A DNA stretch of 64,000 bases from an uncultured Olleya sp. (GTDB lineage Bacteria; Bacteroidota; Bacteroidia; Flavobacteriales; Flavobacteriaceae): assembly GCA_947503885.1 (NCBI GenBank), contig CANNFD010000011.1:9310-73309 (forward strand), written 5' to 3'. Shown in pieces: positions 48,896-56,599 of the stretch. Position numbers and translations under genes: made by a program. A model generated the notes under the pieces. The model had not been told where the DNA came from. It worked only from the letters and a program-made list of their open reading frames with translations, and searched no databases. Every line of letters begins with the position of its first letter. Position 1 is the stretch's first letter.

Positions 48896-49261
48896 ATGAA
48901 ACATTTAAAATCCAATTTAATACTGACTTTATTTATTTTTAGCTTTTTGGTTTGTCAATCCTGTAAAAGTGATGATGATTCTCAAGCTCTGGTTGAAATT
49001 TGTAATGACGGAATAGACAATGATGGTGATGGGTTTACAGATTGTGAGGATGCTGACTGTGTTTCAGCCTCAAATTGTGTAATAGAAATTTGTAACGACG
49101 GTATTGACAATGACGGTGATGGGTTTACAGATTGTGATGATGATGATTGTGATTCAGACTCCAACTGTGGTGTTGAAATTTGTAACGACGGTATTGACAA
49201 TGATGGGGATGGATTTACAGATTGTGATGATGATGACTGTACTGCTGATCCAAGTTGTTAA
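48896..49261 (+). CDS. small lipoprotein made of three Cys/Asp-rich putative metal-binding repeats (MopE-like)
   Basis: Lipobox CQSC-KSDDD; 3 x EICNDGIDNDGDGFTDC(E/D)D(A/D)DC. Confidence 0.85.
   Translation: MKHLKSNLILTLFIFSFLVCQSCKSDDDSQALVEICNDGIDNDGDGFTDCEDADCVSASNCVIEICNDGIDNDGDGFTDCDDDDCDSDSNCGVEICNDGIDNDGDGFTDCDDDDCTADPSC
48995..49258 (+). repeat. three tandem 90-nt coding repeats
   Basis: GAAATTTGTAA starts at 48995, 49085 and 49175. Confidence 0.9.
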
Positions 49262-49426
49262 CATAGCCAATACAAAGTTTAAAAACAATTGCTGTTTTTT
49301 ACATATATAATGGCGTATCAAGTTTGCTACGTCTAAATTTTATATATAAAACCCTAGCACACAAACCTACAACGTCACTTTGACTAAAGCTTGTTTTACT
49401 AATAGCCCTTTTTAATATAATATAAT

Positions 49427-49473
49427 AACGCTTTCAAATACTTGAAGGCGTTTTTAGTATAGTAACGTTTTAA
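49427..49473. terminator. copy B of the argS terminator/3' region
   Basis: AACGCTTTCAAATACTTGAAGGCGTTTTTAGTATAGTAACGTTTTAA. Confidence 0.78.
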
Positions 49474-49519
49474 TCTTAAAATGTTTTATTCTGCTACAAC
49501 TATCTACTAGGTTGTGTAA

Positions 49520-49620
49520 AAAAATTTACGTAGTTCTACGTATAGTTTATCTAACATTAAACAACTAATTTCGTTGACCGATTGATAAAAACATTGAAAC
49601 GATTTTTTATCATCGAAATA
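49520..49620 (+). repeat. copy R2 of the ~100-bp promoter-like repeat
   Basis: TACGTAGTTCTAC...TAATTTCGTTGACCGATTGATAAAAACATTGAA...TTTTTTATCATCGAAATA. Confidence 0.85.
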
Positions 49621-49659
49621 ATTACTCGGTAAATTATAAATTGAAATAAAATATAAAAT

Positions 49660-49869
49660 ATGACATTGTTAATAGTAGTAATAGTAGTTGGATTGATTTG
49701 GTATGGAATAAAAATTGGATTTAATATTGGTTGTATAATCGGAGGAATCATTGGAGTATTTATTGGAGGGAGTTTGGGTGTAGCTGGTGGAGGCGGAGCA
49801 TCAAACGGGTGGATTATTTTCGGCGCTATCGGATTTGTTGTTGGGGGATTAATTGCAAATAAAAATTAA
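49660..49869 (+). CDS. small glycine-rich membrane protein
   Basis: 69 aa, hydrophobic GxxxG-rich helices, ATG after an A/T-rich leader. Confidence 0.65.
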   Translation: MTLLIVVIVVGLIWYGIKIGFNIGCIIGGIIGVFIGGSLGVAGGGGASNGWIIFGAIGFVVGGLIANKN

Positions 49870-50044
49870 TATAAAAAATATTATAGGAATAGTAATTCAA
49901 TTTGGATTAGCGAATTATAAAAGAAGTTCAGAGGAATTATTTGAAAATGGCTCAGAATTTATGACAAATCCTACTGTTATAGGAGTTTTGACTCTTTTGA
50001 GTTGGGTTATAATGGTAATCGGAATCGTAAGTTTTTTCTATTAA
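49853..50044 (+). pseudogene. probable fragment of a membrane-protein gene
   Basis: 63 aa, overlaps the upstream gene by 17 nt with a poor N-terminus; hydrophobic C-terminal helix; followed by stop-riddled sequence. Confidence 0.4.
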
Positions 50045-50124
50045 TAAATATTTATGAGTTAACTCGGAATTGAACAATTAAAGCGGAAGAATTAAAACTT
50101 GTTCATTCAGATGTCTCGTAACAG

Positions 50125-50196
50125 TTTGTAACAAAATTTATATAATTTATTGCTAGTTCTATCCTATTTACAAAAGTCCTCGCAGATTTACTATTT
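50125..50196 (+). mobile_element. decayed left half of an attC-like Flavobacteriaceae cassette repeat
   Basis: TTTGTAACAAAATTTATATAATTTATTGCTAGTTCTATCCTATTTACAAAAGTCCTCGCAGATTT; resembles a repeat family I recall from Flavobacteriaceae; right arm absent. Confidence 0.45.
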
Positions 50197-50239
50197 AACC
50201 ACTTTACATATTTACATCTTTAAAAAGGGTATTTATAAC

Positions 50240-50340
50240 AAATCTACGTAGTTGTACTTATAGATTTCTTAACAAAAATCTACTAACTTCGTTGAACGAT
50301 TGATAAAAAACATTGAAGCTTTTTTTTTATCATCGAAATA
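50240..50340 (+). repeat. copy R3 of the ~100-bp promoter-like repeat
   Basis: TACGTAGTTGTAC...TAACTTCGTTGAACGATTGATAAAAAACATTGAA...TTTTTTATCATCGAAATA. Confidence 0.85.
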
Positions 50341-50381
50341 TTGGCAATAATTAAAAAACAAAATAAAACTGCACATTAAAA

Positions 50382-50735
50382 ATGACAAATGACTATCAAG
50401 ATTACAAAATACTTTTAAACAACTACACTTCTTCTTACATTAGTGAATATGGAACAAAAAGTGCTAAAAAGACCATAGAAACAATTCAAAAATCAAAACA
50501 CTCGATTAACTTATTGCATCAAAGCGCAACAAAAGGTTTTGTGCCAACTGTCGGTGATTTTAATTCTTTTGTCCTTAGTAATTTATCGTTGAGCTTTGCA
50601 AAAAAAGCAAAAATTAGATTTGCTTCAATAATCTTATTTAATCATTGGCATAATGATGTTAATGTTGAATTACAACTTTTATCAGAATATGAAGTTATTT
50701 CTTTGTTTAACAAAATCCTTGAAAAAACAATATAA
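50382..50735 (+). CDS. hypothetical protein (cassette ORF 1)
   Basis: 117 aa, ATG after an A-rich leader, no recognisable motif. Confidence 0.7.
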   Translation: MTNDYQDYKILLNNYTSSYISEYGTKSAKKTIETIQKSKHSINLLHQSATKGFVPTVGDFNSFVLSNLSLSFAKKAKIRFASIILFNHWHNDVNVELQLLSEYEVISLFNKILEKTI

Positions 50736-50799
50736 AATTATTTAAAAATAGCCTACTATTTAAAATCAGTAGATTAACTCAAATACTTAGAAAATAATT

Positions 50800-51051
50800 A
50801 TGGATATAAATGAATTGAAAACAGGAATTATCGATGGAATGTCAAAAATTGTAGTTGATGATTTCAGTAAAAGTGAATATAAAGGAACACCTCTTGAAAG
50901 TATGGCTATCATTGAATCATTAAATTACTCATCAAAATGGTACACAAATTGGCTATTGGAAAATAAAATTGATTTTAAGATTTCTGAGGAACAAATTGAT
51001 GATATAATAAAAGATTGTTATACAAAGACGTATGATAAATTTTTAGAATAA
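50800..51051 (+). CDS. hypothetical acidic protein (cassette ORF 2)
   Basis: 83 aa, no recognisable motif. Confidence 0.7.
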   Translation: MDINELKTGIIDGMSKIVVDDFSKSEYKGTPLESMAIIESLNYSSKWYTNWLLENKIDFKISEEQIDDIIKDCYTKTYDKFLE

Positions 51052-51087
51052 TTATATAGTTCTACAGTAATGGTAACCGTATAAAAC

Positions 51088-51216
51088 TATTGCCAACAAC
51101 GTATATAAAAAATAGCGATTTTAGTGCTTAAACGAAAGATAAATAATAAAATAAAGGTCTGTAATAAACCGAAAAGTTAGTGTTTAAAATCCGCTACTTT
51201 TCATATACCAGACCTT
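51088..51216 (+). mobile_element. attC-like imperfect inverted repeat
   Basis: Arms 51101-51123 and 51185-51208: two A/C mismatches (G:T on the bottom strand) and one extrahelical base; GCCAAC at the left end. Confidence 0.65.
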
Positions 51217-51240
51217 TCAACGAAAAGTCAAAATCTATCT

Positions 51241-51298
51241 AACACAAAAAAAAACGCTTTCAATAACTTGAAAGCGTTTTTAGTATAATAAAGTTTAA
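51241..51298. terminator. argS terminator (copy C, native position)
   Basis: AAAACGCTTTCAA-TAAC-TTGAAAGCGTTTT, 2 nt from the argS stop codon. Confidence 0.85.
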
Positions 51299-51300
51299 GC

Positions 51301-53085
51301 TTACATACGTTCTGGCACTGCCACACCTAATAAGCTAAAGGCATTTTTTATTGTTGTTGCTACTGCTTTAGACAGTTGTACCCTAAACACAATTTCGTTT
51401 TGCGTGTCTGCGCCAAGTATAGATACGTTTTGGTAAAAACTATTAAAGGCTTTTACTAGGTCGTAGGTATAATTAGCAATTAACGCTGGACTGTGGTTAT
51501 TGGCTGCTTGTTGTATTACTTCTGGAAACAGTTGTAATTGTTTTATTAGCTCGCGCTCCTTATCATCCAAAGCCACTTGATCTGCGCTTAAAGTTATTGC
51601 AGGGTCTATATTAGCTTTGCGTAATATGGATTGGATTCTGGCATAGGTATACTGTATAAAAGGTCCTGTATTACCCTGAAAATCGATAGAGTCTTTTGGA
51701 TCAAATAAGATTCGTTTTTTAGGGTCTACTTTTAAAATATAATATTTTAAAGCGCCTAAACCTATGGTTTGATATAAGTCTTGCTTTTCTTGGTCTGTGT
51801 AACCGTCCAGTTTACCAAGCTCTTCAGATATGGTTTGTGCTGTGTCTGCCATTTCTACAATTAAATCGTCAGCATCTACAACAGTCCCTTCTCTACTTTT
51901 CATTTTTCCGGAAGGTAAATCTACCATCCCATAACTTAAATGAAACAGGTTTTTTGCCCAATCAAAGCCTAGTTTTTTAATAATTAAAAACAAGACCTGA
52001 AAATGGTATTCTTGCTCGTTACCAACCGTATAAACCATACCACCAACATCTGGATAATCTTTTACACGTTGGATTGCTGTACCAATATCTTGGGTCATGT
52101 ACACTGCTGTACCGTCAGATCGTAGGACAATTTTCTCGTCCAAACCATCTTCGGTCAAATCGCACCATACCGAGCCATCTTCTTTTTTAAAGAACACGCC
52201 AGATTTTAAACCTTCGGCAACAAACTCTTTACCTAAAAGGTAAGTTTGACTTTCATAATATAAATTATCAAAATCTACACCTAGGCTTTTATAGGTTTGG
52301 TCAAACCCTTTATACACCCAACCGTTCATGGTTTGCCAAAGTGCAACAACGTCCTTATCTCCTGCTTCCCATTGTTGTAACATTTGTTGTGCTGCAACCA
52401 AAATTGGTGCTTCTTTTTTAGCGTCGTCTTCGGTTTTACCCTCAGCCATTAAAGCTGCTATTTCCTTTTTGTATTCTTGGTCAAATTTAACGTAGTAATT
52501 ACCTACTAATTTATCTCCTTTTAATCCTGTAGATTCCGGAGTTTCGTTATTGCCAAAACGTTGCCAAGCTAACATACTTTTACAAATATGAATCCCTCGG
52601 TCGTTAATAATCTGTGTTTTATATACTTTTTTACCTGACGCCTTTAATATTTCGGCAACGCTATACCCTAATAAATTATTACGGATATGCCCAAGGTGTA
52701 ATGGTTTGTTGGTGTTAGGCGAAGAATACTCCACCATAATGGCTTTATTTTCCGCTTTAGCGTCCACAAAACCAAATTTTTCTTCGGCTTTAATACTATT
52801 AAAATAGTTTACAAAATAAGAGGCTTCAATCTCAAGATTTAAAAACCCTTTAACCACGTTAAACGCTTTTACCTCTGTAACATTGGCTACTAAATAATCC
52901 CCAATAGCTTCACCAATTTGCATTGGATTACCTTTAACAACCCGTAACATTGGAAAAACTACTACAGTAATATCTCCAGCAAATTCTTTACGAGTAGCTT
53001 GGAATTCTACAGTTTCTAAATCTGCACTGTAAATTGAATTTACAGCTTGTTTCACGAATTTTTCTAAGGTGTTTTGAAGACTCAT
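51301..53085 (-). CDS. argS: arginine--tRNA ligase
   Basis: EYSSPNTNKPLHLGHIRN (HIGH), GKMKSREG, YIQYTYARI; TATATTTG promoter at 53107-53114. Confidence 0.97.
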   Translation of the reverse strand: MSLQNTLEKFVKQAVNSIYSADLETVEFQATRKEFAGDITVVVFPMLRVVKGNPMQIGEAIGDYLVANVTEVKAFNVVKGFLNLEIEASYFVNYFNSIKAEEKFGFVDAKAENKAIMVEYSSPNTNKPLHLGHIRNNLLGYSVAEILKASGKKVYKTQIINDRGIHICKSMLAWQRFGNNETPESTGLKGDKLVGNYYVKFDQEYKKEIAALMAEGKTEDDAKKEAPILVAAQQMLQQWEAGDKDVVALWQTMNGWVYKGFDQTYKSLGVDFDNLYYESQTYLLGKEFVAEGLKSGVFFKKEDGSVWCDLTEDGLDEKIVLRSDGTAVYMTQDIGTAIQRVKDYPDVGGMVYTVGNEQEYHFQVLFLIIKKLGFDWAKNLFHLSYGMVDLPSGKMKSREGTVVDADDLIVEMADTAQTISEELGKLDGYTDQEKQDLYQTIGLGALKYYILKVDPKKRILFDPKDSIDFQGNTGPFIQYTYARIQSILRKANIDPAITLSADQVALDDKERELIKQLQLFPEVIQQAANNHSPALIANYTYDLVKAFNSFYQNVSILGADTQNEIVFRVQLSKAVATTIKNAFSLLGVAVPERM

Positions 53086-53441
53086 TTATTCTGTTTTTTG
53101 AAAGCGCAAATATACGGTTTATTGGATAACAAGTCTATACATTACACCGGTTATTGCGCTATAATTTATTTTATTAAAGAATAAAATTTCAGATTTATTA
53201 AAAGTGAAATTAACTGGCAGATTAAAACATTAAAAACTAATTTAACCGTTAGTCTAATTTTTTGGTATTACCACTTAAAAATTATGATACCAGCTTATTA
53301 ATAACCACTTTTATACTTCGAAGGAAAATCCCTCTAAAATTTCTTCTAAAATTAAACTAACTATTAAGTCATGATATTAATGAAAATAAGTTGCTTAAAT
53401 GTGCTACTTATCTTACATTTGTTATGATGCTATATATATAA

Positions 53442-55505
53442 ATGAAGAGACTACTAGTCCTTATTTTGTTGCTTAATTTTGGTTTTGGTTTTTCACAGGA
53501 TGAAGAACTAGAAAGCTTGACTATACAATTAGCTTATCAAGATCCAGACTCTTCAAAAATAAATACATCTGTTAGTATTATAAAACTACTTTTTGAATCT
53601 AAAGAGTATAGTAAAGCCTTAAAATTTGTAAAACAAAGTGAAAAATTAGCTAAAGACCTAAAGTACAATAAAGGTTTAGCCGAAATCACGTTTTACAAAG
53701 CAAAAATCCATGACCAAGTTGGTAACTATCCTCAAGCTATTAGAGATTTTAAAAATGCCAAAACACTTTACACCCACGTTAAAGACACAATAGCTATTGC
53801 TAAAGTAAATAGTAATCTTGGGTTTTTAGAAATTGGTAGAGGTAACTATAAAACGGGACTAAATTATGCGTTATTAGCTATTAACGAATTAGAAAAAAGA
53901 GGCCTTTATGAAGAGTTATCCAAAAACTATCAAAGTCTAGCTAATGCTTATGAAAAGTCTAATAATTTAGAAAAAGCAATTACCTATAACCTTAAAAAAC
54001 TGGATGTTGATAACAGGACTAATGATGTTGAAGGCCTTATTAGCACCAACAAAAATTTAGGAGATATTTACACAAAAAAGCAAAACTTTAATCAAGCTAT
54101 TAGCTACTATGAAAGTGCTTTAGGATATGCCAGCTCTACTGACGAAAAACTAAGAGCACAGATATTACCATACTTAGGTAATGCCTATTTAAAAGATAAA
54201 GATTACAGGACCTCTGCTAGATATTTAGTAGAGTCTATAAACCTTAATAGACGTTTTAATAATAAAACTGAGATTTTAATCGCCCTAAATAGTTTAGGCG
54301 ATTTAAACTTACAGCAAAATAGATTAAACACTGCAGAAGAGCAACTACTTGAAGCTGCTAATTTAAGTCGAGTGATTAAAAATGATGAGCAATTACTACG
54401 TAATTATATGCTTATGAAATCGCTAGACTCGATTAAAGGTGACTTTGACAATGCCTTTATTTGGCAAGGCGAATATTATAAGCTTAAAGAAAAAATTGAC
54501 GCTGAAAACAAGAAGAATGAGTTTTTATTAATCCCAGAAATAACTGAGAGTGATGAGGCGGATAGCGACCCTATACTTGATGTTGCTACCACAACAGATA
54601 ATCAGGTTTCAAAAAAGCAATACGATAAGTTTAAATTAATATTTTATGCGCTGCTTGCTGCATTTGCTGTTGTTTTAACCTTTTTTGTACTGTTTTATTT
54701 AAAGCGCAACAACCGACTTAAATACACTAGAGAACTTGAAGCTACAAACAAAAAAATCGAGCTACAAAACGAAGCTATTTTAGAGCAAAGTAAGCATCTA
54801 GAAAGTATTAATAAGGCCAAAGATAAATTGTTCTCTATCGTGTCACATGACCTTAAAGACTCGCTAACCTCAACCAAAGGTTTTATAGACTTATTAAAAG
54901 AAGGACAACTGACCCAAGACGAGTTTCATAGTTTACTACCAGAATTAAGCGAAAACGCAAACAACGCCTCGTTATTATTATTTAATTTATTAAACTGGTC
55001 TAAGTCTCAAATGCAGTCTTTAGAGCCTAAACCCTCTTTATTTGATATACAAGAAGTCTTTGCTGAAAAAGTAAAGCTTATGGATCAAAAAATAGAAGCT
55101 AAAGGTTTAAAAATAATTGACAATACACTACGTGATTTTGTGTATGCTGACCGTAGTATGATTGAAATTGTCGTACAGAATCTATTAGCCAATGCTGTTA
55201 AGTTTTGTAACAGAGGAGACCAAATTACAATTAGCAATCAAATTAGTAATGGTAAATCGATAATAACTGTAGAAGACAGCGGAGTTGGAATAAAGAAAGA
55301 AGATATAAATAAACTTTTTGAAAGCAACACCTTTACTACCAGAGGTACTAATAAAGAAAAAGGAACAGGATTAGGACTTACTATTTGTAAAGAACTAGTT
55401 GAGCTTAATAGTGGAGCTATCTGGGTAGAAAGTGAAGTAAATATAGGGAGCACTTTTTATATAGAACTCCCTAAAAGTAGAATTGAAAATTTAGTTAACA
55501 CTTGA
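53442..55505 (+). CDS. TPR-repeat membrane sensor histidine kinase (orphan)
   Basis: Signal peptide, TPR repeats, TM helix, SIVSHDLK H-box, NLLANAVKF N-box, DSGVGI, GTGLGL. Confidence 0.92.
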   Translation: MKRLLVLILLLNFGFGFSQDEELESLTIQLAYQDPDSSKINTSVSIIKLLFESKEYSKALKFVKQSEKLAKDLKYNKGLAEITFYKAKIHDQVGNYPQAIRDFKNAKTLYTHVKDTIAIAKVNSNLGFLEIGRGNYKTGLNYALLAINELEKRGLYEELSKNYQSLANAYEKSNNLEKAITYNLKKLDVDNRTNDVEGLISTNKNLGDIYTKKQNFNQAISYYESALGYASSTDEKLRAQILPYLGNAYLKDKDYRTSARYLVESINLNRRFNNKTEILIALNSLGDLNLQQNRLNTAEEQLLEAANLSRVIKNDEQLLRNYMLMKSLDSIKGDFDNAFIWQGEYYKLKEKIDAENKKNEFLLIPEITESDEADSDPILDVATTTDNQVSKKQYDKFKLIFYALLAAFAVVLTFFVLFYLKRNNRLKYTRELEATNKKIELQNEAILEQSKHLESINKAKDKLFSIVSHDLKDSLTSTKGFIDLLKEGQLTQDEFHSLLPELSENANNASLLLFNLLNWSKSQMQSLEPKPSLFDIQEVFAEKVKLMDQKIEAKGLKIIDNTLRDFVYADRSMIEIVVQNLLANAVKFCNRGDQITISNQISNGKSIITVEDSGVGIKKEDINKLFESNTFTTRGTNKEKGTGLGLTICKELVELNSGAIWVESEVNIGSTFYIELPKSRIENLVNT

Positions 55506-55506
55506 A

Positions 55507-56439
55507 CTAGCCCTTCGGTAGAAATACCTCAGCCATCATACAGCGAGCACTCCCACCGCCACAAGTCTCAATAGTCTCTAAACTGCTAGATATAATTGGG
55601 CAATGTGCTTCAATTAAATCAATTTGTGTTGGCGTTAAGCTTTCATGTGCAGCTTGACTCATTACTAAATATAATTTATCATCTGCGCCTTTTACCTGTA
55701 ACATATTACCAGCAAAGTGATTCATCTGCTGCTCAGTAATTTTTATTATCTTTTTATTTGTTTTTTCTAGGCTGCTAGTTACACTTTTACGTTCTTTTTT
55801 ATCATCTATCGTATCTAGGCAAATAACAGCAAAAGTTTCTGCTAAACACATCATAACATTAGTATGATAAATTGGTAAACGTTTATCGTCTACAGTTTGA
55901 TAGGCAGTAAATAAAACTGGTGTGTATTCAAAGTCCTCGCAAAACTCTATAAATAAATCTTCATCAGCTCTTGGCGATAATGCACAATATGCAATATCAT
56001 TAGCTCTATCCAAAAGTATACTTCCAGTACCTTCTAGAAAAAACCCTTCGTCCTCAGCAGATGTGTAATCAATAATATTATTAATTTTAAAACCTTCGTT
56101 TTCTAGCCTAATAAAAACTTCGTCACGTCTTTCTTTTCTTCTGTTTTCTGCAAACATTGGATATAAAGCAACGTCACCGTTTTGATGAAAACTCACCCAG
56201 TTATTAGGAAAGATAGAATCTGGGGTATCCATTAGCTCGTCATCATTTTCAACAATAACATTAACACCCACAGCTCTTAACTTATCAACAAACGCATCAA
56301 ACTCCTCTTGTGCTTTCTTATTAATTTCTGCATTTTTTATTTTTAAATCTTCTTGAAAATAATTATTTACTGCAGTCTGCTCGTTCATCCTGAAACTTAC
56401 AGGGCGAATCATTAATATAGTGTTTGTTGTTTGTTGCAT
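55507..56439 (-). CDS. ctlX: citrulline utilization hydrolase / amidinotransferase family
   Basis: ILMIRPVSF, TPDSIFPNNW, LEGTGS, IYHTNVMM, CGGGSARCM. Confidence 0.88.
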   Translation of the reverse strand: MQQTTNTILMIRPVSFRMNEQTAVNNYFQEDLKIKNAEINKKAQEEFDAFVDKLRAVGVNVIVENDDELMDTPDSIFPNNWVSFHQNGDVALYPMFAENRRKERRDEVFIRLENEGFKINNIIDYTSAEDEGFFLEGTGSILLDRANDIAYCALSPRADEDLFIEFCEDFEYTPVLFTAYQTVDDKRLPIYHTNVMMCLAETFAVICLDTIDDKKERKSVTSSLEKTNKKIIKITEQQMNHFAGNMLQVKGADDKLYLVMSQAAHESLTPTQIDLIEAHCPIISSSLETIETCGGGSARCMMAEVFLPKG

Positions 56440-56599
56440 TTTTTGATATTTTTCACAAAAGTAAATTAATTTAAAATGAAATACATTTAAAAAATTGGTA
56501 AATTATTGACGATTTTTTATGCGAAATAAAATCAATCAAATTCAATCTTTTTATTAAATATGTCCTATCTAAATAGGCCTGTTTATTAATAACACCCGA

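Larger units (their letters stand above)
50341..51216 (+). mobile_element. integron-like gene cassette carrying two orphan ORFs
   Basis: Starts TTGGCAATA, the reverse complement of TATTGCCAA (51088-51096) at the left end of an attC-like hairpin. Confidence 0.65.

Noticed and set aside
48982-49310. Track ORFs 48982-49200 (-) and 49104-49310 (+)
   Set aside because: Alternative-frame shadows of the 90-nt tandem repeat in the lipoprotein gene
47291-51298. Possible CRISPR array from the recurring repeats
   Set aside because: Repeats are 45-100 nt, irregularly spaced and separated by whole genes; no cas genes
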